Source: Anaeromyxobacteraceae bacterium
GTDB lineage: Bacteria; Myxococcota; Myxococcia; Myxococcales; Anaeromyxobacteraceae
Length of the DNA stretch: 64,000 bases
NCBI GenBank assembly: GCA_047602405.1
Contig: JASGHJ010000002.1
Coordinates: 288,001 to 352,000 of the forward strand
Direction of reading: 5' to 3'
Shown here piece by piece: positions 10,125-19,967 of this stretch; position 1 is the first letter of the stretch, and every line of letters starts with the position of its first letter. Both the position numbers and the translations under genes were made by a program. The notes beneath the pieces are model-generated. The model was given only the letters and a program-made list of their open reading frames with translations. It did not search any database and was not told where the DNA came from.

Positions 10125-10199
10125 CCCATGGCACTTCCCGGTTTTCTTGATCGGGGCACAAGTGAGCTACACTTCAGAGGTAGCCCCGGGCGTGCAGCC

Positions 10200-10215
10200 C
10201 GGCACGCGCCTCGCA
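10200..10215 (+). promoter_or_regulatory. Putative sigma54 promoter of the MshEN gene
   Basis: CGGCACG-CGCC-TCGCA with GG-N10-GC spacing. Confidence 0.5.
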
Positions 10216-10298
10216 GTGTGGAAGCGTGTGGAGGACGAGCCCCTTGTGGGAGCCTGGAAGCAAACAGGGGTCCGCAGGTTACGGTGGGTGAGGTGGCC

Positions 10299-10856
10299 AT
10301 GTCGCGCGTTCGCATCGGAGAGATGCTCGTCCAGCAGGGCCGGATCGACGGCTCTCAGCTGGAGTCTGCGCTCGCCCACCAGCGGAAGTGGGGCGGACGG
10401 CTCGGCCGCGCCATCATCCACCTCGGCTTCATGCGCGAGGACGCGCTGCTCCAGGCCGTGGGCCAGCAGCTCGGCGTCCCGTTCGTCGAGATCGGCGACC
10501 GCTTCGTGCCCCGCCACGTGCTGAACCTCGTCCCCGAGAAGCTCATCCGCGGCCGCCGCGTGCTGCCGCTCGCGCGCCTCTCGGAGACGAAGCGCGGTCC
10601 GCTCGTCGTCGCGCTCGCCGACCCGGCCAACCTCGTCGCGCTCGACGAGATCGCCTTCGCGACCGGGATGCAGGTGAAGCCGGTGCTGGCGAGCGAGTTC
10701 GACCTCGACGCCGCCATCTCGCGCCTCCTCGACGGCGCGCTCTCCGTCCCGCGGAACGGCTTCGCCGACCGCACCGACGCCATCGACCTGCCGGAGGACA
10801 CGAGCCCGCTCACCGTGCTCCGGCGGGACGAGGGCACGAAGCACACGTTCCATTAG
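10299..10856 (+). CDS. Stand-alone MshEN (GspE/PilB N-terminal) domain protein, probable c-di-GMP receptor
   Basis: Tandem motif RIGEMLVQQGRIDGSQLESALAHQ / RLGRAIIHLGFMREDALLQAVGQQ, no ATPase domain; SD GAGGTG before ATG 10299. Confidence 0.85.
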   Translation: MSRVRIGEMLVQQGRIDGSQLESALAHQRKWGGRLGRAIIHLGFMREDALLQAVGQQLGVPFVEIGDRFVPRHVLNLVPEKLIRGRRVLPLARLSETKRGPLVVALADPANLVALDEIAFATGMQVKPVLASEFDLDAAISRLLDGALSVPRNGFADRTDAIDLPEDTSPLTVLRRDEGTKHTFH

Positions 10857-10932
10857 TTTCCGGGGGGCCGTCCCTCGACTCCGGCCCGCTTCGCGGGCCT
10901 ACGCTCGGGATGAGCGAGCCCCCCACCCCTGG
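10855..10932 (+). repeat. REP-like palindromic element copy 1
   Basis: Core CGTCCCTCGACTCCGGCCCGCTTCGCGGGCCTACGCTCGGGATGAGCG (10869-10916), near-identical to the copy at 31656. Confidence 0.85.
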
Positions 10933-11012
10933 ATCGGCTCCGCCGGACCGCAGCCTCCGGCTGCGGTGACGGCTTCGCCGGGAAGCGTCGCTGGCCGCGC
11001 CGCCCTCTCCGC

Positions 11013-11980
11013 CTACAGCCCCACGAGCTCCCGGAACCCGCGCTCGCCCATCTCGCGCAGCGCCGCCAGGCGATCGCGGTAGCGGCGCCAGTCCTTCCAC
11101 GCGAGGCGGTCGGCGCCGAGCGCGGTCTGGTGGAAGGCGTGGATCCTCGACGCCGTGAACCGGAGCGCGGCGTAGCGCGCGTACGGATAGACCGCGTCCA
11201 GCGTCTCCGGCTCGGCCTTCCGCTTCGCGCGGTAGCCCTCGAGGAGCGCGTGCGCGCGGTCGCGCTGGAAGCGGTCGGTGTAGCACCAGGCGTTCACCGA
11301 GACGCCGAGGTCGTAGGCGAACGGGTCGACGCAGCTCATCTCCCAGTCGAGCAGCGAGGAGATGCGGTGCCCGAGCCAGAGCACGTTGTCGACGAAGAGA
11401 ATCGCCGTGCACGAGGCCGCGCGGGGCGCCCGGGAGCGAGGCCGCGCGGGCGTACTCGTCCTCGAGCATCGGGCGGGCGGCGTCGACCTCGGGGTCGTGG
11501 GGCGGGTTCTTCAGCTCGTCGAGCCACGCGCGCACGCGGGGCGGGCCGTACGGGTTCGCGCGGGTGGCCTGGAAGCCGGCGGCGAGGTCGTGCAGCCGGC
11601 CGAGCTGCTCGCCGAGGAGCCGGCAGCGGGGAGCCTCCGCCTCGTCGCGGGTGATCTCCTCGCCGGGCGCGTAGGCGAAGAGGCATCGCGGGCTTCCCCC
11701 GCACCATCACCCAGCCCTCGCCCGCGGCCGTGCGGAGCAGACGCGGCACCGGCAGGTGGGCCTCCTCGAGGTAGCGGTGCACCTCGGCCTCGAACGCCAC
11801 GTCGGAGAGCGCCTTGCCCTCGTTGAGCCGGAAAAAGTAGCGCTCGCCGCCCGCCCAGACGTGGTGGTTCGTGTTCACCGAACCCTTCGGCTCCGGGCGC
11901 GTGGCGGAGGGGGCCGGGAGGCCGAAGGCGGCGAGGGCCGCGGCGATCTCCGCGGGGTCGAGCTCGGTGTAGAGGGCCAT
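11013..11980 (-). CDS. thrB: Homoserine kinase type II (APH-like; two +1 frameshifts at ~11400 and ~11682)
   Basis: MALYTELDP..GSVNTN; corrected PRGLVHGDLFVDNVLW..LLDWE..DPFAYDLGVSVNAW; ~321 aa after removing two bases. Confidence 0.85.
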
Positions 11981-12048
11981 GGTGCGCCCCGGAGGATCGC
12001 AACGCGCGGGCCCCCCGTCAATCGGCGGTTCGGCGCGGGCGGGCCCGG

Positions 12049-12567
12049 CTACTCGAGGGGATCGGCGGGGGCCGCGGGCTCCGGCGGGCCGTCGAGGGCG
12101 CGGCCGAGGTCGATGGGCCGCCAGCGCGCGGTGGTGACGCGCCAGCCGTCGGGCTCGCGCGCGAGGCGGACGTCGAAGCGGTGCACGGAGGCCTCGCCGG
12201 GCGCGAGCGCCGCGAGGGGGCGGTCGCCGCCGGCGCGGGCGAGCACCACGTCCACCACCGCCGACGCGAGGTCGCCCTCGACGCGGACCGTGGCGCCCGC
12301 CACCGACGCCGAGACCCATCCGCCGCGCAGGATGACGCCGGCGGCGAGCCGCCGCGCGGCCTCGCGATCGAGGTCGCCCGCGCGGAAGCGCTCCGACACG
12401 TCCGCGATCACGTCCCCGGGCCGCTTCGCCTCGGCGGCCGCCGCGGCGCGCGCGAAGACGGCCCGGACGAGCTCCTCGTCGGTCGGCGGCTTCCTGCAGG
12501 CCGGCGAGAGCGCGACCGCGGCGGAGGCCGCGAGGACGGCCGCGAGGTGCGTCGAGCGCCGCGTCAT
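12049..12567 (-). CDS. Hypothetical lipoprotein, NTF2/SnoaL-like fold
   Basis: Lipobox-like LSPAC; helix-then-strand pattern ending FDVRLAREPDGWRVTTARW. Confidence 0.6.
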   Translation of the reverse strand: MTRRSTHLAAVLAASAAVALSPACRKPPTDEELVRAVFARAAAAAEAKRPGDVIADVSERFRAGDLDREAARRLAAGVILRGGWVSASVAGATVRVEGDLASAVVDVVLARAGGDRPLAALAPGEASVHRFDVRLAREPDGWRVTTARWRPIDLGRALDGPPEPAAPADPLE

Positions 12568-12589
12568 CCCCCGGAGTAGACTCCCACCC

Positions 12590-13411
12590 GTGAGCCGCGA
12601 CAAGCCGGATCAGGGCCGCTCGGACGAGCACAACTCCCGGGGCATCGAGCTCGCCGACCGCGGCTGGCTCGACGAGGCCGTGGCCGAGTTCCAGAAGGCG
12701 ATCGCGCTCGACCCGGACTCGGCGCACGCGCACGACAACCTCGCGACCGTCTACTCCGAGAAGAAGCTCTACCGCGAGGCGCTGCGCGAGTACCTCCTCG
12801 CCCTCGACCTCGAGCCGGAGAGCGCGACCGCCCACTACAACCTCGCCTGCTTCCTCGCGAGCCACGGCGGCGACATGGCGGCCGCGGAGTACCGCCAGTC
12901 CATCGAGCTCGAGCCCGGCTACCCCGACGCGCACCTCAACCTCGGGCTCACGCTCGCCGAGCAGGGGAAGCCGGAGGAGGCCGCGAAGGCGCTCGAGGCG
13001 GCCATCGCGCTCGACCCGAAGGACCCGGTGCCGCGCCACGAGCTCGCGGCGCTGCTGATGGACGAGGGCGACCACCGGGCGGCCATCGGCCACCTGCGCG
13101 AGGTGGTGCGCCTCGACCCGAAGAACCACGAGGCGCAGCTCGACCTCGGCATCTGCTACGCGCAGAAGGGCTTCTACGTGGAGGCGGAGCGGGCCTACCG
13201 CCGCGCCGGGGAGCTCGCGCCCGGGGAGCTCCTCGTCCACTACGACCTCGCCGCCCTGTACGCGCTCTGGGGCCGGCCCGACCAGGCCCTGCCGGAGCTC
13301 ACGAAGGCCCTCGACCAGGACGCCGCCAAGGTCAAGGGGTGGCTCGCGACGGACCCCATGTTCGACTCCCTGAAGGGCGACCCGGCCTTCGAGAATCTCC
13401 TGGAACGTTGA
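12590..13411 (+). CDS. TPR-repeat protein
   Basis: Multiple canonical TPRs (AHDNLATVY, AHYNLACF, AHLNLGLTL); GTG start 7 nt after TAGACT. Confidence 0.85.
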   Translation: MSRDKPDQGRSDEHNSRGIELADRGWLDEAVAEFQKAIALDPDSAHAHDNLATVYSEKKLYREALREYLLALDLEPESATAHYNLACFLASHGGDMAAAEYRQSIELEPGYPDAHLNLGLTLAEQGKPEEAAKALEAAIALDPKDPVPRHELAALLMDEGDHRAAIGHLREVVRLDPKNHEAQLDLGICYAQKGFYVEAERAYRRAGELAPGELLVHYDLAALYALWGRPDQALPELTKALDQDAAKVKGWLATDPMFDSLKGDPAFENLLER

Positions 13412-13477
13412 GGTCCAGGGCCGGACGCTCCGTCAGGGCGTAGCCGGGTGCACTTTCCGTCCGGTACGCTCCGTCGG

Positions 13478-15143
13478 ATGGCCGAGCTCGCGTTCTTCCG
13501 CCACGGTGAGGAGCTGCTCCGCGTCCCGCTCGACGGGCCCAAGCGCATCGGGCGCTCCCCCGAGTGCGACGTCCCGCTGCCCGATCCCGCGCTCTCCCGC
13601 GTGCAGGCGCTGGTCGAGCCGCTGGGCGAGGGGTGGCGGCTCCTCGATCGCTCCGGCCGCGGCACGCGCGTGGGCGGCCGCGAGGTCAACGAGGTGCGCC
13701 TCGAGGAGGGCGCGGAGGTCGCGCTCGGCGGCTGGCGCGCGCTGTTCCGGGCCACTCCCGCCGGCGACGGCGGCGTCACCCGCGCCGACGCCGGCGAGAC
13801 CCGCGTGCGCGCCGGGCCCGGCAACGGCGCCCCGCCCGCGGCGCGGCTCCGCGTGCGTGCGGGCGGCGCGGACCAGGTCGTGCCGCTCGGGCCGGGCGGC
13901 CTCACGGTCGGGAAGGACGGCGGCTGCGAGGTGAGGATCGAGGACCCCTTCGTCTCGGCGCGGCACCTCCGCGTCGAGGCGCGCGGCGGCGCCTGGGCGC
14001 TCGTCGACCTCGGCTCCACGAACGGCACCTTCATCTCGGGCGCGCGGGTGGCGCAGGCCGACCTCCCGTTCGGGCTCCCGGTGAAGCTGGGCGACGCCGA
14101 GCTCGTGCTCGAGCCGGGCGAGGCGCCCGTCGCGGCGCCGGCCGAGACGTTCGAGGGGATGATCTCCGGCGACGCCGGCATGCGGCAGCTGTTCGAGCTC
14201 GTCGAGCGGGTCGCCGCCGCCGAGGCCGCGGTCACGATCCTCGGCGAGACCGGCACCGGCAAGGAGCTCGTCGCCCGCGCGCTGCACGCGCGCTCCGCCC
14301 GCCGCGAGGGCCCGTTCATCCCGGTGAACTGCTCGGCGATCGCCGAGTCGCTCATCGAGGCCGAGCTCTTCGGGCACGAGAAGGGCGCGTTCTCCGGCGC
14401 CGACCGGCAGCGCAAGGGCGCCTTCGAGGAGGCCGACGGCGGCACCCTCTTCCTAGACGAGGTGGGCGAGCTGCCGCTCGAGCTGCAGCCGAAGCTGCTC
14501 CGCGCGCTCGAGCTCGGCGAGGTGAAGCGGGTCGGGGCCGCCCGGCCGTTCCAGGTGAACGTGCGCATCGTCGCCGCGACGCACCGGGATCTCGCGGGCC
14601 GCGGTGCGGGCGGGCCGCTTCCGCGAGGACCTCTACTACCGGCTGTGCGTCGTGCCGGTGACCATCCCGCCGCTCCGGGCCCGCAGGGGCGACGTGCGCC
14701 CGCTCGCCGACGCGCTGCTCGCGCGGGCGGCGCCCCGCGGGCTGGCGGTCAGCTGGAGCGCCGAGGCGATCGCGCGGCTCGAGGCCTACGACTGGCCGGG
14801 CAACGTGCGGCAGCTCCGGAACGTGGTGCTGCGGGCGCTGCTCTTCCGCGGCGAGGGGCTCGTGATCCCGGCCGCGGCCGTGACGTTCGACGACACCCGC
14901 GCCGCGGTCGAGGCCACGCCGGACGACGACGCGCTCTACGTGCGGGGGCTCACGCTCGAGGACGTCGAGCGCGAGGTGATCCGGCTCTCCCTGCGCCGCA
15001 ACGCCGGCAAGCGCGCCGCGGTCGTGAAGGAGCTCAAGATCGCGAAGAGCACGGTGCTGAAGCGCATCGCCCAGTGGAACCTGCACGGCGAGGGGCGCGC
15101 CGCGGGGGCGCCGCCCGACCTCGACGAGGACGACGACGGCTGA
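13478..15143 (+). CDS. Double-FHA sigma54-dependent activator (one +1 frameshift at ~14597)
   Basis: FHA motifs GRSPECD..SRVQA and [22 protein letters not shown] motifs GETGTGKE and GAFSGA; the frame continues into [19 protein letters not shown] and an HTH. Confidence 0.88.
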
Positions 15144-15151
15144 GGCCCGCG

Positions 15152-15625
15152 CTACAACCCGGACGCGAACAGCCAGCCGCGCTGCGTCCGGACCAGGCCG
15201 AACCGGTGCACGTCCGCGTCGCGGCGGGGCACCTCGCCGTTCGGGGTCTTCACCCGGTAGTACTGCTCGAAGAAGACCTCGGCGGTGGCGGTCTCCTTCA
15301 GGACGTCCACCCGGCGCAGCGTGAACTGGACGCGGTAACCCTCGAGCCCCTTCAGGTCGCGGGGGAGCTGGACCTCGAGGCCGGCCCGGTCGAGGTCGTC
15401 GGCCGGGTCGGGCGTGCCGCCGTTGTCGAAGTAGTCGGGCGACGCGAGGGCGAGCACCGCGCCGGCGTCGCGCTTCTGGAGCGCGTCGCGGTAGCGCTCG
15501 AGCGCCTGGACCACCCCGCGGGTGTCGTCGTTGTCCGGGATCTCCGTGCCGGGGAACCGCTTCGGGCCGCAGGCGGCGGCGAGGAGCGCGAGGGCCAGGG
15601 CGGCGAGGGCGCGGGGGGTCGTCAT
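15152..15625 (-). CDS. Lipoprotein, NTF2-like (DUF4440-type)
   Basis: Lipobox [30 protein letters not shown]. Confidence 0.65.
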   Translation of the reverse strand: MTTPRALAALALALLAAACGPKRFPGTEIPDNDDTRGVVQALERYRDALQKRDAGAVLALASPDYFDNGGTPDPADDLDRAGLEVQLPRDLKGLEGYRVQFTLRRVDVLKETATAEVFFEQYYRVKTPNGEVPRRDADVHRFGLVRTQRGWLFASGL

Positions 15626-15703
15626 GGGCCGCGACTCTCACCCGGGCCTGCCCCCCGGTCAAGCCTCGCGCCCGGCCGCGAAGCGTGCTCGGATCCGCCT
15701 CGC

Positions 15704-16165
15704 ATGGCGACCAGCCTCGAGCGGCTCCAGGACTTCTTCGCGACCTCCCCGGCGGCGGCCCGCGCGACCGCGACCCTCTCCGCCGACGCGCGGGTGGACC
15801 TCGCGCTCGACGAGGGCCCGGCCCACTTCACGCGCGAGGCGGGCGCGCCGGAGGTCCGGCCCGGGCCGTCCGGGCGCCCGGACTTCACGCTGCGGCTCCC
15901 GCCCGGCGCGGTCGAGCGGGTGACCGCGGTCACCGGGGACGACGTCGGCGCCCTCGGCATCGCGTTCTTCGAGCTCGTCCTCGAGCGCGACCCGGCGCTC
16001 AAGGTGGGCCTGCGCCTCGACGCGCCCACCGGGCGGCTCGTCGCGCACGGCTACCTCGCCGTGCTCGCGCTCGGCGGCGTGAAGGTCGGCTGGTGGCTGA
16101 TGAAGAAGGGCTTCGCGAACCCGCTCGCGGTCATCGAGCGGCTGCGGCGGCGGAGCAGCGCCTGA
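15704..16165 (+). CDS. Hypothetical protein, SCP2 sterol-carrier-like
   Basis: ATG 15704 [12 protein letters not shown]...; strongly G/C-biased third codon positions; [12 protein letters not shown] resembles the SCP2 strand pattern (weak). Confidence 0.5.
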   Translation: MATSLERLQDFFATSPAAARATATLSADARVDLALDEGPAHFTREAGAPEVRPGPSGRPDFTLRLPPGAVERVTAVTGDDVGALGIAFFELVLERDPALKVGLRLDAPTGRLVAHGYLAVLALGGVKVGWWLMKKGFANPLAVIERLRRRSSA

Positions 16166-18371
16166 CGCCGGCCGCCGCGCGCTCGCGGTCGGCCGCGGCG
16201 GGCAGCGTGCGCACGAGCTCCCCGAGGAGGGCCGCGCCCGCGGCGGGTGCGCCGCCGGCGCAGCGCGCCTCGCCGAGGAGCAGCCGGGCCTCGTCGCCGA
16301 GCTGGCCGCCGAGCCCGCCCGCGGCGGCGCGCTCGAGCTCCGGGATCGCGGCGGCGGCCTCGCCGCGCCCGGCGAGCTGCCGCGCGAGGAGGTAGGCGGC
16401 GAGCGGGTGGGGAGACCGCGCGACCCGCGCGAGCGAGACGCCCGCCTCGCCCTCGCCGAGGAGGTAGGCCCGGGCGGCCTCGGCGAGCGTGGGCTCCGCG
16501 ACGGCGAGCAGCTTCGCCTCGAGGAGCCGCGCCTCGCCGCGGTCCGGGCCGAGCGCGAGCGCGGCGCGCCAGCGGGAGGCGGCCCCCGCGAGGTCGCCCC
16601 GCCGCCACGCGAGGTCGCCCCCCGCGGCCTCGAGCCCGGGCGCCATCGGGGACCCCTCGCCGGCGGCCGCGCGGGCCGAGGCGTACGCTGCGGCCGCGCC
16701 CTCGAGGTCGCCCGCCCGCACGAGCACGTCCGCCCGGGCCCGCCACGCGCCGGCCTCGTCGCCGAGCGCGCCCGCCCGCGCGTAGAGCGCGCACGCCGCC
16801 GCGGTGCGCCCCCAGGCGGCCTCGCTCCCCGCGGCCGCGAGCAGCGCGGTCTCCTCGCGGGCGCAGCGCCGCGCGAAGACCGAGCGCTGCGTGAAGCGGG
16901 CGCGCGCCGAGAGGGCGAGGCCGGGCGGGGTCGCCACCGCGTCGAGCGACGCCTTCCAGGCGCGGTCGAGCTCGGGCCACGGCACGCCCGCGGCCGCCGC
17001 GAGGTCCTCGCCGGCGTAGGCGCGCGCGATGGCCGCCGGTCCGTGGCGCTCGAGCGCGAAGGCGATGAAGCTGCCGGCGGTCGCGTAGCTGCGGGCCGGG
17101 CCCTGGCCGAAGAAGCCGGCCGGCGAGAACAGGCCGACCGGGTCGGGCAGGAGCCCCTGGTCGCGCGCGGCCCGGGCGAGCTCGTGCACGGTGTAGCCGC
17201 CGCGGGGCAGGTCGAGCGCCACGGCGAGCCCCTCGATGAGCGCCTGCGACGGCACGACGCGCAGGCGCGCGGGCACGTGCAGCGGGCCGGGCGCGAGCGC
17301 CGCCGCGAGCGCGTGGACGAGCTCGTGGCGGAGGGTGGGGTGGGGGAGCGCACCGTCGACGACGTGGATCTCGGGGTGCCACGGCTTCACGTAGTCGGTC
17401 CGGCCGGCGCCGACGAGGAGCTGCTTCTCGGCGGCCGAGCGGTACACGTACACGGTGATGCGCGGCGGGTGCTCGAGGCCGAGCGCCCGCGCGACGTCCG
17501 CCGCGTGGAACTCGCAGTCCGCGAGCAGCGCCGCCGCCGCGGCCCGCGGCTTCTCGCCGGCGTGCACGAGCAGGCACCGCTCGCCCTCGAGCCGCCCCGC
17601 GAGCGCGCGCTGGATCGCGGCGCGGTCGCCGGCGAGCCCCTCGGCGCGGAGCGCCGCGCCCGCGCCCCAGGCGCCGGCGAGGCCGAGCGCGATCGCGGTG
17701 AGCGCCGCGAGCGGCCGCCGGCGGGGGGCGGCGAGCCCGGCCGCGCCCACCGCCGCGACGGCGAGCGCGAGGGCCCCCGCGCGCCAGAGCACCATGCGCA
17801 GGTCCACCGCGACCGGCTCGTCGTAGAGCACGCCCGGCCCGGGCCAGGCGCCGAGGAACGGGTCGTGCCCGAAGGCGGCCGGGCCGGTCCAGCCGGTCCA
17901 GAGCGTCCACCCGAGCGAGCCCGCCACCGCGAGCGCGTACAGGGCCGCGGCCCGGCCGCGCCGGCCGCCGGCGAGGACCCACGCGAGCACGGCGGTCGCG
18001 GCGCCGAGCGCCGCAGAGGGCACGGCGAGGAGGGGGACGAACCACGCCGCCGGGGTCGCGGCCGCGCACGCGCCGAGGGCGGCGCGCAGCGCGGCGCCCG
18101 CGGCGAGGGCGCCCGCGACGGCGAGGAGCCGCGCGGTGCCCGAGAGCGCCGCGCGGACGGGCGAGCGCGCCGCGAGGGCGCGCGCGGCAGGGAACGCGGC
18201 GAGCGGGGCGAGGAGGCCGAGCCCGAGCGCGAGGAGCTCGCCGAGCTCGTAGCCCGGCGCGTCGAGCGTGGGCAGCCCGGCGAGGACGAAGCCGGCGACC
18301 GCCGCGGCCCCGGCGGCGAGCGCGATCCACCCGCGGGGGGCGGGGCGCTCCGGCTCGGCGAGGGTGGAGAT
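16131..18371 (-). CDS. Membrane protein with HExxH (gluzincin/peptidase MA-like) domain and C-terminal TPR-like helices; probable ATC start
   Basis: Several N-terminal TM helices, then LRHELVH...[19 protein letters not shown] 5 nt before an in-frame ATC at 18371. Confidence 0.7.
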   Translation of the reverse strand: MSTLAEPERPAPRGWIALAAGAAAVAGFVLAGLPTLDAPGYELGELLALGLGLLAPLAAFPAARALAARSPVRAALSGTARLLAVAGALAAGAALRAALGACAAATPAAWFVPLLAVPSAALGAATAVLAWVLAGGRRGRAAALYALAVAGSLGWTLWTGWTGPAAFGHDPFLGAWPGPGVLYDEPVAVDLRMVLWRAGALALAVAAVGAAGLAAPRRRPLAALTAIALGLAGAWGAGAALRAEGLAGDRAAIQRALAGRLEGERCLLVHAGEKPRAAAAALLADCEFHAADVARALGLEHPPRITVYVYRSAAEKQLLVGAGRTDYVKPWHPEIHVVDGALPHPTLRHELVHALAAALAPGPLHVPARLRVVPSQALIEGLAVALDLPRGGYTVHELARAARDQGLLPDPVGLFSPAGFFGQGPARSYATAGSFIAFALERHGPAAIARAYAGEDLAAAAGVPWPELDRAWKASLDAVATPPGLALSARARFTQRSVFARRCAREETALLAAAGSEAAWGRTAAACALYARAGALGDEAGAWRARADVLVRAGDLEGAAAAYASARAAAGEGSPMAPGLEAAGGDLAWRRGDLAGAASRWRAALALGPDRGEARLLEAKLLAVAEPTLAEAARAYLLGEGEAGVSLARVARSPHPLAAYLLARQLAGRGEAAAAIPELERAAAGGLGGQLGDEARLLLGEARCAGGAPAAGAALLGELVRTLPAAADRERAAAGVRRCSAAAAAR

Positions 18372-18438
18372 GGCGGCCTCCCTTCTGGCGGGTCGGTAAC
18401 TACCCGGCCCGGCCCCACCGGGATAACATGGAGGACCG

Positions 18439-18822
18439 ATGAGCGAGAACGGCGACAGCGGCAGCGACCACCGCGAGCACGCGCGCGCGCCGATCGAGCT
18501 CAAGGTCGACTACAAGAAGCTCAACACCTTCTTCGCCGACTACACGAAGAACATCTCGAAGGGCGGGACCTTCATCAAGACGAAGCGCTCCCTGCCCATC
18601 GGCACGCGCTTCCTCTTCCGGCTCGCGGTCCCGGGCCGCGACGCGCCCTTCGAGCTCAACGGCGAGGTCGTCCACGCGAGCCCCTCCGGCGACGAGCCGG
18701 GCATGGGCATCCGCTTCGTGTGGACCGCCGACGGCGAGCGCGAGGCGTTCGAGTCGGTCGTCGAGGGCCTGATGGCGGACGCGCTCGGGCCGGTGGTGGC
18801 CGCGAAGCTCCTGAAGAAGTAG
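18439..18822 (+). CDS. PilZ-domain protein (TIGR02266-like)
   Basis: REHAR (RxxxR), NISKGG and GMGIRF motifs. Confidence 0.88.
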   Translation: MSENGDSGSDHREHARAPIELKVDYKKLNTFFADYTKNISKGGTFIKTKRSLPIGTRFLFRLAVPGRDAPFELNGEVVHASPSGDEPGMGIRFVWTADGEREAFESVVEGLMADALGPVVAAKLLKK

Positions 18823-18904
18823 GGCCCCTGCGAAGCGAAGCGGAGCAGATCCAGGGAGGGGCCCCGTGGAGCTTTGCTCCACGGGGAGGGGGCTACGCCC
18901 CCTC
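18822..18904. repeat. Multi-hairpin palindromic element between convergent genes (terminator/REP-like)
   Basis: Hairpins CCCCGTGGAGC-ttt-GCTCCACGGGG (18862-18886) and GAGGGGGC-tac-GCCCCCTC (18886-18904), plus GGGCCCCT/AGGGGCCC. Confidence 0.7.
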
Positions 18905-18909
18905 GAAAT

Positions 18910-19374
18910 TCAAAACCGCGGCACGTTCTCGAACTTCACCCGGTCGCCCGCCTTCACGCCGCGGGCGGCGCACCAGCCGCCGTTCACCTCGAGCACGAAG
19001 CGGCTCGGCAGCCCCACCGTCCGCAGCGACGTCGTCTGCGGCGTGGCGCGCTCCACGACGCCCGCGATGGTGCCGTCCTCCGCGATGAAGATCATGTCGA
19101 GCGGGATCAGCGTGTTCTTCATCCAGAACGCGTGCTCCTCGCTCTCGGAGAAGAGGAAGAGCATGCCCGCGTCGTCGTCGAGCTTCTCGCGGTACATGAG
19201 GCCGCGGGCCCGCTCGGGGTCGGTGCGGGCGACCTCGACGCGGACCGGGTGGCGCGCGCCGGCGGCGGTCTCGACCACGACCCGAGCGGAGGGTGCGGCG
19301 GCGTTGCCGGGGCGGGCCGAGCAGGCGCCCGCCACCGCGAGGACCGCGGCCGCGCGGAGGACGACGCGCTTCAC
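18910..19374 (-). CDS. DUF192-family lipoprotein
   Basis: VEVART..RARGLMYRE..GMLFLF..FWMKNTLIPLDMIFI..VLEVNGG; GTGA-coupled start. Confidence 0.9.
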   Translation of the reverse strand: MKRVVLRAAAVLAVAGACSARPGNAAAPSARVVVETAAGARHPVRVEVARTDPERARGLMYREKLDDDAGMLFLFSESEEHAFWMKNTLIPLDMIFIAEDGTIAGVVERATPQTTSLRTVGLPSRFVLEVNGGWCAARGVKAGDRVKFENVPRF

Positions 19375-19802
19375 CGGGGGACGACGCAGTACGAGGAGAA
19401 CGCCACGTCCGACAGGTAACGCTGGCGGGTGGCGTCGTCGAGCGTCGCGACGAAGGCGGGATCGAGGAGCAACAGGTCGCAGACGAGGCCGGTCTTGTCC
19501 GTCGAGCAGTCGCGGTTCGACACGCACGGCTTCGAGCAGTACCCGCAGATGCCGTTCGTCGCGTCGGCGCAGCTCGAGTAGCGCGCGCCCGCGGGCGCGG
19601 GCGAGACGATGCAGACGAGATCGTCGCAGCCCAGGTTGCCGGTCTCGAAGTAGTCGCCCGCGGCGGTCTGCGGCGTGGGCGCGGGCGGATCGTTGTCCGC
19701 GTTCCAGCTGAGGCGGCAGGGCCGCCCGACGTCGGGATCCTGGCAGGCGCCGAGGGCGACGGCCGCGGCGACGGCGACGAGCGCGTGGGCGATGAGGCGC
19801 AT
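19371..19802 (-). CDS. gltK: Cys-rich gliding motility lipoprotein CglC/GltK/AgmO
   Basis: Lipobox LGAC, DVGRPC..DYFETGNLGCDDLVC..YCSKPC; located next to gltBAC as in Myxococcus. Confidence 0.72.
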   Translation of the reverse strand: MRLIAHALVAVAAAVALGACQDPDVGRPCRLSWNADNDPPAPTPQTAAGDYFETGNLGCDDLVCIVSPAPAGARYSSCADATNGICGYCSKPCVSNRDCSTDKTGLVCDLLLLDPAFVATLDDATRQRYLSDVAFSSYCVVPR

Positions 19803-19924
19803 GGTCGGCCCGGATCGTTAGCACGCGGGCCAGGTGCCCACAAGGAAGCCCCCCGGCCGCGTCCCCAGGGAGGAGGAGCGCCTACAGACTCGTTTGAGCA
19901 TCCCTTGCACGGGGGGCCGCCACG

Positions 19925-19954
19925 TTGCCCGTACCCCTCCCTGTTGGCTAGGAT
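19925..19954 (+). promoter_or_regulatory. Putative sigma70-type promoter of gltB
   Basis: TTGCCC-N18-TAGGAT. Confidence 0.4.
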
Positions 19955-19967
19955 GCCTCATCCTTCC

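Noticed and set aside
9984..10298. Riboswitch (e.g. GEMM/c-di-GMP-I) in the lower-GC leader of the MshEN gene
   Set aside because: The conserved GEMM stems and motifs could not be built by eye; a sigma54 promoter plus UAS explains the region. An Rfam scan would settle it.
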